From the human T2T-CHM13v2.0 reference genome, Homo sapiens, in assembly GCF_009914755.1 (NCBI RefSeq), contig NC_060938.1: DNA of 64,000 bases; one strand, written 5' to 3'. The position numbers and the translations under genes were made by a program. The notes under the pieces were generated by a model. It was not told where the DNA came from and did no database searches. It worked only from the letters and a program-made list of their open reading frames with translations. Below are positions 1 to 16,404 of this stretch, piece by piece. Numbering within the stretch: the stretch's first letter is position 1; every line of letters begins with the position of its first letter.

Positions 1-869
1 TATCTTTTTCATATTCATTTATATTATTTCTCCACACCCCCTCCATCTCTCTCATTTTCTTTCTTAGCCCCTCTTGTAGGTGATACCTCTTGGACTGGGA
101 CTTGCAGAGCCAGTGATTGTGCCAAGAAATGCCGTTTCTTTTTTCTTTATTATCCCCATGCCCCACATGAAAGGCCATTGAACTTAAACTTGCCTGCAGG
201 GGGTGGCAGTAGAGGAAGCCCACTTGGAGGGGCTTTGCCAGCCAAAGCCACACTCCTCCTTTCTTCAGTTGCGTTTCTTATTTCCATTTCTTTGGTTCCC
301 GCTCAGGCTGCTGAAGCGTCTCTCCAGTCTTTTCCTATTTTAGCACGCCTTCTTTTTGGCCTGCTTTGCCCCACCAGACATGCTGTTGTCACCAGTCCAA
401 TCCATCTGTGTTTTCTGGATACACACTGGGTGTCAATGCTTTGACAAGTGTGGGTTCCAGCAAGCCTAAGCGCCGGGCCCTACAGAGCCATCTCCTCCGG
501 GAAGAAGACCCAGCCCCCTGTGCCCTTCTGGTTTGAGATGCGTGATCCTGCCGTGCCCTCCGGTTCCAGGGTGGGGTGGGACGGCCAGCTTATGATGTGT
601 AACTAGCTGCTTGTCGTCCAGACTCAGTTGCTTTTAATAAAATTGCCACTTAAGAGACCCTGCTGCTGGCAGAGTAGCTTCTTTTCTTCTGCTTGTGCTA
701 GTTCCCGGCTCACAGCAGCATCTGCCCTGCACGTGGGTGGTGTCGGCCTTGCCCTGGCCGCACTGTGGCTGTGTCCCCACTTAGCCATCAGAACCAGGCA
801 TTTCCAGTGGAGTGCAGTGTTGCAGGAGGGTCACCAGGCTTAGTGTGATGAGGCCTGGATTACACTTCG

Positions 870-1250
870 GGTCTGGACGTCCTCTCTGAGCCTGAATTTC
901 TGTGATCTATAAAATTGGATAAAGTATCAAATAATACCGATCCTAACAGTCTTGATCATTGTAGAAACAAATGAACCAATGTCTGGTTAGAGCCTGGACC
1001 GTGAAAGTGCTAGAACGTGTTCATTCTTCCTGCGTAGATTGAGTGTCTCCAGGGTGCCAAGCCCAGTTCTAGGCTCTGGGAAAGAGCAGTGAAGACAACA
1101 AACCAACAAAACAAGTCCTCACATTCTAGTGGGAGAGGGACAGTGGGCAAGCAAGCAGATAAGTGAACAAGAGAGTTCCCTGGAGGGTTGAGTATGGTGA
1201 AGAACTAAAACAGTGACTGAAGGGACAGAGTGTGTAGCCTGGCTGTCACT
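870..1250. mobile_element. Degraded MIR and L2 fragments
   Basis: MIR-core-like ctctgagcctgaatttc...tataaaattgg; L2-like gttctaggctctgggaa...cacattctagtgggaga. Confidence 0.5.
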
Positions 1251-1352
1251 TGGTATCTCTCTACTTAAACTGGAGTCAGGCGCCATTTCCTCCAGGAAGC
1301 TTTCCCTGATTCTTCCAGGCTAAAGTAACCACAGCTGTGGTGCATTGTGTAG

Positions 1353-1979
<627 letters not shown>

Positions 1980-2019
1980 AACACAGTAAGTAGCTTTTCA
2001 GGTCTTATCAGTGAAAATT

Positions 2020-2875
<856 letters not shown>

Positions 2876-3500
2876 GTGGAACGTACCTCAGAGAGATCAA
2901 GCTACTGCCCGAGATCACATACTATCAAGGGGCAGAACTGAGTGTCCTAACTCGAGACTCAGCCCTTTCTACCACATCTCCTTGTCTTCTCTGTCCCAGG
3001 CCTTATGTTCACCTCTCTTCAACCTCACCACAGTCTGGAAATTTATGTTTCTGTGTTTTTCCTGTCAGCCTCTGAACTCCTGAAGGGCTAGGAACTGTTA
3101 TTGTCAGCACCTGGAGCCACACTAAGCGCTTACTAGGAGTTTATTGCAAGTTTACTGAGTTCATAACTAGCCCCAGCCCCTTGCCATGTATTTCCACTTA
3201 GATGCCACAGATTTCTCCTTCAGAGTGCTTGTAGACTGCAAAGGGAGCAGTCGAGGTGAATATGCTTGGAGAGGACATAAGGGAAGGTTTTTTCATGTAA
3301 ACGAACTCATTTTAGATGTAAGGCATCACTTTTCAGTGAAGCAGGGACTTTTTACAAAGTCTTGCCTCTGAACTTTACAGTAAGCAAGCCGAGATCCATG
3401 CTTACCACTGCAAGAAAACTTTGGTGGGCCGTTGTACAACAGTAGGCAATTGTGTTGGCTTAATGTGAGTTCTTGTGAGGTTGACCTTTGTATGTTTTGA

Positions 3501-3926
<426 letters not shown>

Positions 3927-4534
3927 TAGTCTTGCCAACTCACTCCTCCAAGGGCCCAAGTTTGATCACCGGAGGATTATTCCTTAAGCAGCACGCCACA
4001 GCCTTCTGCAGTTCCCCATGGGCCTGGTGAGAATGAGCCCCTGCCCCATTGTGAATGGACACTTCTTTGTTCATTGACTAACGCCACTGCTGTGTAACAC
4101 CGTGGTAGGGTCCAATTTTAGTATCATCTTGCTTCTTGGGAAAAAAAAACAAAAAAAAACAAAAAAACACCTTAGGTCAGAAAAAGACGAGACTATTGAA
4201 GAATTCCATGCATGTTATAAATGTGATTAAGTCCACACTGCTGCCAAGGAGTGGAAACAAATCAGGCACAGAACTCATGGTAGGACTTCATCAGGACTGG
4301 AATATTCTACACAACAAAGGACTTCATCTTGACTAGGGACAGAGCAGGATGGAGCTCAGCACATGGAGAAGACTATTTGAGGCAGAGAGTGTCAGTAAAC
4401 TCATCCATTAATTTTTTTCATTCATTCAGCGCCAGATTTTGTACACGTACTAAGTGCTGAATAAATACAGCAGTGCTGCAGGCAGTCCCAGGGAGCCAGT
4501 CACTGACTGTAAATACGCTGGGGGGTATTTACAT

Positions 4535-4737
4535 GTAGAGGGGGATGACCACCTGAAGACATGGGGAGAAGACAGCCAGTGAGAGAGGCCTCAGAAGAAA
4601 CTAACCCTGGGCCCTAATCCAGTCTGGCTAGTGTCCTTATAAGAAGAGGAGATTAGTCACAGACACGTAGAGGAGGATGACCACCTGAAGACACAGGGAG
4701 AAGATGGCCAGCGAGAGAGGCCTCAGAAGAAACTAGC
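4535..4737 (+). mobile_element. Two tandem partial copies of the MLT1B interior
   Basis: gaccacctgaagac...gagagaggcctcagaagaaacta occurs twice and matches 5030-5160. Confidence 0.8.
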
Positions 4738-4905
4738 GTAACTGGACCTTGCCGGTTTTGAGTATCGTGAGTACCCTGGCAGCATAGCTGGTATGAGTAC
4801 TCGAAGTACCCCGGCAGAGTAGCGGCACCTAGTAGCCACAAGTAAGGTGCAAATACCCTTGCAGCGTATCCAGGCCCAGTAGGCACGAGTACTATAAATA
4901 CCCTC

Positions 4906-5269
4906 TGTTATGGGCTTACTTGTGTTACCCCAAATTCATGTGTTGAATCTCTAACCCTAGTGCCTCAGAGCATGACTATACTTGGAAATAGAGTCTTTAA
5001 AGAGGTGATTAAGTTAAACGTGGCCGTTAGAGTGGGCCCTACTCCAGTCTGACTGGTGTCCTTATAAGAAGAGGAGATAAGACTTAGACACATAGAGGGG
5101 GCAACCACCTGAAAGGGAGAAGACGGCCAGCGAGAGAGGCCTCAGAAGAAACGAACCCTGCTGACCTTGATCTCAGGAAGCTAAACTTGATCTCAGATGT
5201 CCAGCCTCCAGGATTGTTTAAGCCCCCCAGTCTGTAGTACTTTGTTATGGCAGCCCTAGCAAGCTAACA
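4906..5269 (+). mobile_element. MaLR solo LTR (MLT1B-like)
   Basis: Begins tgttatgggct, ends ttgttatggcagccctagcaagctaaca. Confidence 0.88.
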
Positions 5270-5601
5270 TGCCGCTGTAGAGTGTGCAGACCCGCAGGCA
5301 TGGGTCCCGTGAGCACCCAGCAGGGTGTCTGGGTGCAGTAGATGCGATGGTTGGTGTATAATATGAACACTGTCTCTGCAGGATTCTTGCCTGTGAATGA
5401 AATGGAGGGAATTGAAGATTTCGGTGTGCTTGCAGTCTAGGTCTTGATCTCAGGTCATTTCATAGATGTTTGAGAGTTAGAGTTCTTTCTTGTTATGATT
5501 CTAGTCATGTATGTGTTACCCAACAATATTTCATTTTATATTAAAATTACAGATGCTTGTTAGCTCTTTTGTTTTGAATATTTCTGTTCGCTATTCTTAT
5601 A

Positions 5602-6566
5602 CAGCAGTCTTCCGTTATTCAGTTTTGCTTTCTGCAGTTTCAGTTACCCACAGTCAGCTGCAGTCTGAGGATATTAAATGGAAAATTTCAGAAATAAGCA
5701 ATTTCTAAGTTTTAAATTGTATGCCATTCTGAGTGGCAGGATGAAACCTTGTGCCGTCTGCTTTCATCCCTTTGTCCCATGCACCCACACTGTAGACGCC
5801 CCTACCCATGAGTCACTTAATAGGAGTCTCCGTTATCAAATGACTATCATGGTATCACAGTTCTTGTATTCAAGGAACCCTTATTTTACCAGTAGTGGCC
5901 TCAAAGCTCAAGAGTAGTGATGCTGGCATATTGTTATAATTGTTCTATTTTATTATTAGTTATTTATTATTACTTAATCTCTTACAGTGTCTAATTTATG
6001 AATTAAACATCATCATAGGTCACCATAGGTATATATATACACTTGACCCTTGAACAATATAGGGGTTACGGGTTCTAATCCCCACACAGTTGAAAATCTA
6101 CTTTTGATTCCCCAGAAGTTAACTACAAATAGCCTGCTGTTGACCAGAAGCCTTACCAGTAACATAAACAGTTGATAAACACATATTTTGTATGTTATAT
6201 GTATTATATGCTGTATTCTTCAAATAAGCTGGAGAAAAGAAAATGTTATTAAGGAAATCATAAGGAAGAGAAAATGTATTTACTATTCTGTTAGTGGAAG
6301 CGGGTCATCATAACGGTCTTCATCCTCGTCGTCTTCACGTTGAGTAGGCTGAGGAGGAGGAGGAAGAGGAAAGCATTGGTCTTGCTGTCTCAGGAGTGAC
6401 AAGCAGAAAAAAATCCACATAGAAGTGGATCCACGCAATTCAAACCAGTGTTGTTCAACTGTCTAGGAAAAAACACAGTGTATATAGGGTTCAGTGCTGT
6501 CCACAGTTCCAGGAATCCCCTGCGGGTCTTGGAATGTATCTCCTGTGGTTAATGGGGGGGCCACTG
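5602..6566 (+). mobile_element. MER44 (Tigger7 family) DNA transposon, hosting a nested Tigger2a
   Basis: TIR-like ends cagcagtcttccgttat and aatgggggggccactg; TA on both flanks. Confidence 0.8.
6040..6461 (-). mobile_element. Tigger2a (MER28-like) nested in MER44
   Basis: TIR ca(c)ttgacccttgaacaa; diagnostic gtcttcatcctcgtcgtcttcacgttgagtaggctgaggaggagg. Confidence 0.85.
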
Positions 6567-6879
6567 TACAGACTGGGCCCTTCTTTGGGCGCCCCTTTTT
6601 CTCTGTTTGACCAACTCCTTTTTATTCTTTAAAACCCAGCCACCAGTGTCACCTGGACCAAGAATCCTTTCCTGTGTCATCCAGGGCCCCTCTCAGTGCC
6701 TCTGGAGGAGGCTCTGCCTTTTTCTTTGCTGTTGCACTCTCATGAGTGACAGCATCTGTCCCTCACCCCACAAAGTCTCTGGCCCAGAAGGTTCTCTTCA
6801 TTATTGCTTTTTGAGTGAACACTTGAATGAATATATCACTTTCTTGAAAGCCAGTCTTTCAAAATGGTTGAATTATTTT

Positions 6880-7800
6880 GTTATTTTTAAATTGTGGTAA
6901 AATATATGTAACAAAATTTGTGATTTTAACCATTTTAAATGTATAAATTCAGTGACATTAATTACATTCACAATATTGTGCAACCATCACCACTCTCTAC
7001 TTCAAAAATTTTCATGACCCCAAACTGAAACTCAGTACTCAATGAAGCAGCACCTCCCCATCCCTCCCGCCTCCCAGCCCGTGGTAACCCACAGTCTGCT
7101 TTCTGTCTCTGAATTTGCCTACTCTGTGTATCTCACCTTACTCTGTAGTAGTGACTTAGATGAAATATAATATTTGTCTCATACAATACTAGTCTTTTTG
7201 TGACTGGTTTATTTCACTTAGCATAATGTTTTCAAGTTCCATCTGCTTACCAGAACTATATTCCTTTATGGCCAAATAATATTCGATTATATGGATAGGT
7301 CCCATTTTGCTTATCCGTTCATCCATCCATGGACATTTGGGTTGTTTCTACCTTCTGGCTATTGTGAATAATGCTGTTTTGAACATAGCTTTGAAATACC
7401 TGTTCAAGCCTCTGTTTTCAGTTCTATTGCGTGTCTACCTAGGAGTAGAATTGCCGGATCATATGGTGATCCTACGTTTAACTTTTTGAGGATCTGCCAA
7501 AACTGTTTTCCACAATGGCTGTACCATTTTACATTCCTACCAGCAGTGCAAGAGGGTTCTAATTTCTTCGCATTCTTGCCAATGCTTGTTATTTTCATTT
7601 TTTTTATGATAGCCATTCTAGTATGTGTGAAGGAGTAGCTCATTATGGCTTTAATTTGCGTTTCTGTAATGACTAGTGATGTTGAGTGTCTTTTCATGTG
7701 CTTATTGGCCATTTGTATATCTTCTTAGAGAAACATCTATTTAAGGTCTTTGCCCATTTTGAAATTGGGTTGTTTATCTTTTTGTTATTGAACAAAATGG
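6880..7800 (-). mobile_element. L1M (L1MB-like) 3' fragment
   Basis: Reverse ORF MANKHMKRHSTSLVI...PYDPAILLLG is an L1 ORF2 remnant. Confidence 0.88.
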
Positions 7801-7910
7801 TTGAAATTTAAAAGAAAAAAGGGTGCTACTTGAAAGGTGGACCCTTCCTAATACCTGGCTTTCCAGGAAGCTTATTCTCTGATGGTGCTAGATTGACAAT
7901 GTTATTTTAA

Positions 7911-8278
<368 letters not shown>

Positions 8279-11200
8279 ATTTTGGATTAAACTTCAAATA
8301 GTACTCAAAGAATCAGACTGCCGATAATGTAGGACAACTGTCCAGACCGGGCCCTTTGTCAGATGTCCCTTTTCTCTCTTTGACCAACTCCTTTTGATTC
8401 TTTAAAACTCAGCCACCAGTGTCACCTGGATCAAGAATACTGTCCTGTGTCATCTAAGGGCCCTCTCAGTGCCTCTCTAAATTCCAAATTTTCACTCTGG
8501 AAAATTCAACAACTCAAATGTATTTTCAAGTGTATTTTAAAAATTAGAGAACTAGATTGTCAATTCACGTTATGTGAATGCTCTTTAAAAAGTGGTAATG
8601 TTTTATAAACGTACTCTGAGCAGTGTTTTCCAGTATATTTTGGTGTGGGATTTGGAGCAGGGCTTTGAAGTGGAAAGGCAAATGTTTTCTTGGGTAGATC
8701 TGAATATTCCGCAAAATGATTCCATTGATCATCCGGTCGTAGTCTCACTCTCTGAACTATAATGAAAAGAGAGCCAGGGGAGAGTGCAGCTGCTCCAGGG
8801 ACCCGGGACAGGTACCCTGGAAAGGCATGGGTAGAGGTTCCCCCCATCGTTGGGCCCACTGGCATCACTCCTGTTGCTCCCATCGGCAGCTGTGGGCCAG
8901 GGCCTCTCATCCTGTGTGGAATCTGGCATCAGGAATTTTCAGTGGGATTTTGAAAGCTATTCTAAGAGAGTAAAATGGTGGGAGGCATACACTTCTGTGC
9001 TGGCTGCTGAAATATGTGGTATACTGGCCTGGAATACAACTATTTTCTCTTTTTTTAAATGAACGAGTTCATTAAGAAAAAAAATCTGCTGCAACCTATA
9101 GATCCAAACACAGTTCAATACATCTTTTTTTTCTTTGTCCAAACTGAATATTTTCTTATTTTTAATATCCTGCCTCATTCCATGAAGGATTTATGATATC
9201 TTCCAGCAGTTGAGTAGGTTTGCTGAAATCATTAACAAATATACAATTTTTTTCTTTTCATTTTTTACTGAATGATGGGATTTTTTTTTTTTTTGCTGCT
9301 TCCTCCCCTTAACAAAAAAGCTTTCTTGAGGTATCAACCTATAATAATCTGAGCATATTTAAATGAACAATTTGATAAGTTTTGACATCTGTATATGTTC
9401 ATGAGACCATAACCACAATCAAGATAATGAAGATGTTCATTGCCCCTAAAGTTTCTTTTGTGCCCCTTTGTCAGCCCTCCCTGCCCCCCTCCACTCCAAC
9501 TACTGACCTGTCACTATTGATTAGTTTGCATTTTGTGTAATCTTATGTAACTGGAACCATGCAGAATGTACTCTATTTTCTGGCTGCTTTCACCCAGCAC
9601 AATTTTGATATTCATCCGTGCTGTTGCTTGTATCAATGTTAATATGTTTTTATCGCTGGGCGCCATTGTATGGACCTACCACAGTTTATTTATCCATTTA
9701 CTTGTTGATGGACATTTGGGCTGTTTCCCAAATGTCCCAGTAGTTTTTGGCTATTACAAATAAAGCTGCTTTTAACATTTGTGTCCATGTCTTTGTATGG
9801 ATGGAGGCTTTCATTTCTCTTGGGGAAATACTTGGGCATGGAATGGCCGGACTCAATAGTGGGTGTGTGTTTAGCTGTCTGCCAAAGTGGTTGTACCACC
9901 TGACATCCCCACAGCCATGTCAGAGATGCAATTGCTGATTCACATGCTCACCAAAACTTGGTGTGGTCGGTCTTTTTATTTTCAGACCTTCTAACGGGCG
10001 TGAGGTGATAACTCATTTCGGTTTTAATTTGCATTTCCCTAATGACTAATGATGTTGAGCACCTTTTGATATGCTTATTTGCCATCTGTATATCTTCCTT
10101 GGCCAAGTCTCTGTTAGATCTTTTGCTTCGTTTTAAAATTGGGTTATTCACTTTCTTGTTGAGCTTTGAGAATGCTTCATATATTCTGGATACAAGTTCT
10201 TTATCAGATATGTGATTTGTAAATATTTTCTCTTGTTCTGTGGCTTATCTTTTCACTCTCCTAACAGTGTCTTTTGAAAAGCAGAAGTTCTTAAATCTAA
10301 TTTACCATTTTTTTCTTTTTTAAAAAATAATTTCAACTTTTATTTTAGATTCAAGGGGTACATGTGTCGGTTCTTACATGGGTGTATTTCATGATGCTGA
10401 GGTTTGGGGTATGATTGATTCTGACACCCAGGTAGTGAGCATAGTACTCAATAAGTTTTGTTTTGTTTTTATGGATTGGGGTTTTGCTGTCATATCTACA
10501 AGATCTTTGCCTAACCAAGGTTATAAAGATTTCCTCCTCAGTTTTCTTCTACAAGTTTTATAGTTTTGTTTCTTACTTTTAGGTTTATGATCCATTTTGA
10601 ATTAATTTTTGCATATGGTGCAATGTATGGATTGAGGTTCTTTTGTGTGTGTGGGTATGGATATGCAATTGTTCCAGCCTAATTTGTTGAAAAGACTGTC
10701 TTTTCTCTACTGAATTGCCTTTGTACTTTTGTTAAAAATCAGTTGCCCATAAAGGTATCGGTCTGTTTCTTAACTCTCTATTCTATTCTGTTGATCTGTT
10801 TACACCATTACCATGTTGTCTTGATGACTGTCACTTAAGTTGGGCAGTGTAAGTCTTTCAGCTTTGCTCTTTTTCAAAGTTGTGGCTAGTCTAGGTTCTT
10901 CACATTTCCATGTGCATTTTGGGATCTGCTATTGAGTTTCTACAAAAATCCTGCTGGGATTTTTATTGATTGCATTGAATCTATACATTAAATTTTTCTG
11001 TAGGGAAAATTGTTAGCTTAACAGTAATGAACAGCAATGAGTCTTCCAACCCACAGACACGGTATATCTCTCTGTTTATTTAGGTCTTCTTTGCTTTCTC
11101 TCAGCAGTGTTTTCTGAGAGTAAAAGCAGTGTTACTTTTTGGTGTGCAGATGTTGAACATCTTTTGCCATATTTATCCCTAAGCATTTCATATTTTTGAT

Positions 11201-11742
11201 AATGTAAATAGTCCCAATTGTTTGGTGCAAGTATATAGAAATACAATTGATTTTTATGTCTTGATCTTCTATCCTGAAACCTTGATAAACTTACTTATTA
11301 GTTCCAGTAACTTCTTTGTGTATTCCTTCGATTTTCTGGTTGGACAGCCATGTCATTTGTGAACAAAGGCAGTTTTACTTATTCCTTTCTAATCTAGAGA
11401 GCTTATATTTCTTTTTATTTTTCACTGACTAAAACCTCCAAGATAATATTGAAATGTGTGATATTTGTTGTAGGTGTTCTATAGACACCCTTCATCAGAT
11501 TGAGGAAGTCCTTTTCTCTTCCTAGTTCACTGAGTGTTTATCAGAAATGGATGTTGGATTTTGTCAAATGCTTTTTCTGCATTTATTGACCTGATTACCT
11601 CATTTTTCTTTTTTAGTCTGTAAATACGGATTACATTGATATTTGAATGTTAAACCATTCCTAGAATAAACCTATTAATAGGTCATGATGTATTCTTTTT
11701 TATATAAGACTTTCATTTCCTAAAATTTTAAGAATGTTTCCT

Positions 11743-12032
11743 TTTTTTTTTTTTGAGACAAAGTCTTGCTCTATCACCCAGGCTGGAGTGCAGTGGTGCA
11801 GTCTCGGCTCACTGCAAGCTCCGCCTCCCAGTTCAAGCAATTCTTCTGTCTCAGCCTCCTGAGTAGCTGGGACTACAGGTGCATGCCACCATGCCCAGGT
11901 GATTTCTGTATTTTAAGTAGAGATGGGATTTCACCATATTGGTTAGGCTGGTCTCAAACACCTGACCTCAGGTTATGCACCCGTGGCCTCCCAAAGTGCT
12001 GGGATTACAAGTGTGAGGTACTGTGCCCGGCC
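11743..12032 (-). mobile_element. Alu (AluS)
   Basis: Dimer. Confidence 0.92.
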
Positions 12033-12233
12033 TGCATTTATTTTCATGAGGGATATTGGTCTGTAGTTTTCTTTTGTAATGTGTTTGTCTGATTTTGATA
12101 TTAGAGTAATGCTGGCCTAATAGATGAGTTGAGAAATATTTCTTCCTTATCAGTTATCTGAAATAGTTTGTGTGAATTAACATTATTTTTTCCTGAAATA
12201 TTTGGTAGAATTCACCAGTGAGGTTATCAGTGA

Positions 12234-12590
<357 letters not shown>

Positions 12591-15184
12591 TAATAGGACT
12601 CTTTAGATCTATTTCTTCTTGCATGAGCTTTGGTACTTTTTTTTCTTTCAAGAATGTGTATATTTTATCTAAGTTACTGAATTTATTGGCATAAAGTTTT
12701 TAAAAATATTTCTTTATCCTTTTGATATCTATCGATCTGTAGTAATGTCAGTTCTCTTATTTCTGATATTGATATTTTATGTCCTTTCTCTTTTTTTCCT
12801 TGATCAATTTGGCTATAGGTTTGCAAATTTTATTTTCTCAGTGAACTAGCTTTTCATTCCATTGATTTTCTCCAGTGTTTTTCCTGTTTCATTGATTTTT
12901 GCTCTAATGTATATTGCTTCCTTTTTTTCTGCATACTTTGGGTTCCTGAAGGTTTGGTTTTCTTAAGTGGATGCTGAGATCATTCCTTCCCCATCCCCTA
13001 CTTCCTTCTCCTTTCTTCGTTTCTAATGTCGATGTTGGGTGACATAAATTTCTTTCTAAGCGACAGCTCACAAATTTTGATATGCTGTGTTTTTATGTGC
13101 ATTCAGTTAGAAATACTTTCTAATTTTCCTTTCTGTCTAATTTGAGTTAGTATTTGTGAAAGTTTTGTGTCTAGATGCATTATTTTGCATGTGGACATTC
13201 AATATTTCCAACACCATTTGCTGAAAATACTCTTCTTTCTCTGTTTAATTGCCTTTGCTCCTTTGTCAAAGACTAGTTGACTGTATTTGTGTGGGTCTAT
13301 TTCTGGACTCTCTGTTCCATTGATCTATGTGTCTGTTCTTTCACCAATTACATGACGTCTTAATTACTATAGCTTTATAAGTCTTAAAGTCAGGTAGTGT
13401 CAGTTCTCCAGCTTTTTACTCTTCTTCAGTTTTGTGTTGGCTATTCTGGGTCTTTTGCCTTTGCATATAAACTTTAAATTCACTTTGTTGATATTTACAA
13501 CAAATAGCTTGCTGGAATTATGATTGGGAATGCATTGAATCTGTAGATCAAATTGAGAAGAATTGGCATCATAACAGTAATGAGTTTTCTAATCCGTGAA
13601 CATGGGATATATCTCCGTTTCTTTAGAACTTCTTTAATTTCTTTTATTATTATTATGTTTTAGTTTTCTGCATTTAAATCCTGTAAATATTTTGGTAGAT
13701 GTATATGCACCTATTTCATTTCTGGTACTATTATAAATGCCATTGTGTTTTAAATTTCAAATTCCAATTGTTCATTGCTGGTTCGTAGGAAAGTAGTTGA
13801 CTTTTTTGTGTTAACCTTGTATCATGTAACAGTGTTACGAGAGGGTTTTTTTGGTCAATTCTTTGGGATTTTCTACATAGACATTTATATCATCTGCAAA
13901 TAGACAGTTTTGTTTCTTCCTTCCCAGTCTGTATACCTTTTACTTCCTTTTCTTGACTTTTTGCACTAGCTAGGACTTGCAGTATGATGTTGAATGTATA
14001 TAGTATAGTCATAATAACTATTTAATTGTTCTTGTCTACTAATCCTATTGTCTGTGTTATTTCTGGGTTAGTTTTGCTTGGTTGATTCTTTTATTTATTT
14101 TGGGTCATATTTTTGTGCATCTTTGAATGTCCAGTTGTTTTTTCGTGGAGGTCAGACATTGTGAATTTTGCCTCGTTGGGTGCTGGATATTTTTGAATTC
14201 CTATAAATATTTCGAGCTTTGTACTGGGTGTAGTTACTTGGAGACATTTTGATCCTTTTGGGTCTTGCTCTTAAGTTTGTTAGGGGGACCAGAGTAGGAT
14301 TTAGTCTTGGGCAACATCCTCTGAGTCCTCTCCTTCCATGAGGCTGTGGATTATGAGGTTTTCCACTCTGCCTGATGGTGTCAGGGTATCAAGAACTATT
14401 CCCAGCTCTAGGTGAGCTCTGGTAATTGTTCTAATTTTTTTTTTTTTTTTTGGATGATTTTTTTTTCAGTCTTGGGTAATTTCCTCACATGTAAATGCTG
14501 ATAAGTACTCACCAGAAGACTTGAGGGCAGGGTGTGGGAGGGTAATCTTTCCAGATCTCTGAAGTTTTTTCTCTTGGCAATGCTCTCTTCCCCATTACCC
14601 TCTCTGCGAACCCCAATCGTCTTGGCTGCCCTGGACTTACAGCCGTGTGTCTCAGCAACTTAGGGAGACTCAGGCTTTACCTGGGTTCCCTCCCTGTCTC
14701 ACATCCTGGAAACTCTCCAGACTATCTGCTGGGCTAGTCCTAGGGTTCACCTCTTTTGTTTACCATCTTTCATTGATCACTCTTCCTCATTGTCTGGTGT
14801 CCAGGTGTTTGAAAGCTGATGTTTAATATATTTTGTCTGTTCTTTTAGCTGTTTAAGGTAGGAAGGTAATCTAATCACTGTTACTCCATCTTGGCTGGAA
14901 GCAGAAGTTGATGGCACTTTTTAAAAAGTAGCTACAGAATGTCAAAAAGGATTAAAAATTTTTTTACAGTAACAACGAATGTGGATGGGAGGTTAGAACT
15001 CAAACTTTCCTTTAGATTCTAACCTTAAACCGTTGTAGCTCCACCTTTTGATAGGAACCTAAAAGACAAGTTCTACCATAAAAACCTAGGTATTTTAGTA
15101 TCTTCCATAGCCGAACATATCTATTGTTTTGTCCTGAAACAGTACCACCAGCCTGTTTTAGAAAGTTTTTTCTTGGAAAACTAG

Positions 15185-15579
<395 letters not shown>

Positions 15580-16349
15580 TAAAGGACAGGCTCTTATGCA
15601 GGGGAATATTGTCTGAAACTAATCAAATTATTAAGTCAGGAAGACAACTAAATTTTTGGATGATGTAACCATATAGTACTTTAAATAGAAAAAAATTGTA
15701 CTAATAGAAGTTAGTAGAAAAAATTTAGATAATAATAGCTTTTATTTTATTCTTTTTGCTGAAAGACTTTGAAACCATGGTGTAAAATAAAAAATCATTA
15801 AAGCTACCTTTTTAGATACTTTTTGTTAAGTCAGTTTATAAAGTGAGGATGTCTATCTGGAATGTGTGACAGATGTAACAAGTGAAAGTTGCAATAGTCT
15901 CCATGTAAAATAAAATTTGGACTGACAGTTTTAGATCTTTTTCAAGTTTTACTCTAATGCTCATTATTTTGTCTTCTCTTCCCTTCTCCATCTGCATAAT
16001 TTTAATCTTTCCTTTCATGGTTAAGATTTGGCAACCTCGTGTGCCTTGCCAGGATCATTGTTAAAAAGCTGTAGTTTTTTTTTTTCTTTCTCCCGTCCAA
16101 GCTGTCCCAGAGCCTGGTGAGCCACCCTTGCCCTTGGTGTGGTGTAGCTACTGCGCCTCATAGCAAAAGGCCAGGTTTTAAAGCATAGTGCTTCACACGT
16201 TATCAGGAATTTATTTTCTGCTCAGCTGCAGGATCTCTTGTTTGCTTTAAAACTGTAAAGTGGAGTGGGGGAAAGCTATCAACAATCTTCAAGTGCCCAG
16301 GTCTTTTAGTTTCTGACAGAAACAAGAGCATTTCTGCAAAGGTTGGGGA

Positions 16350-16353
16350 GTGC

Positions 16354-16404
<51 letters not shown>

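Noticed and set aside
4141-4168. Orphan A-rich tract as a possible retrocopy tail
   Set aside because: No TSD and no recognisable body upstream
4755-4905. Repeat-spacer-like pattern suggesting CRISPR
   Set aside because: Eukaryotic intron; units are degenerate, with no constant repeat, unique spacers or cas genes
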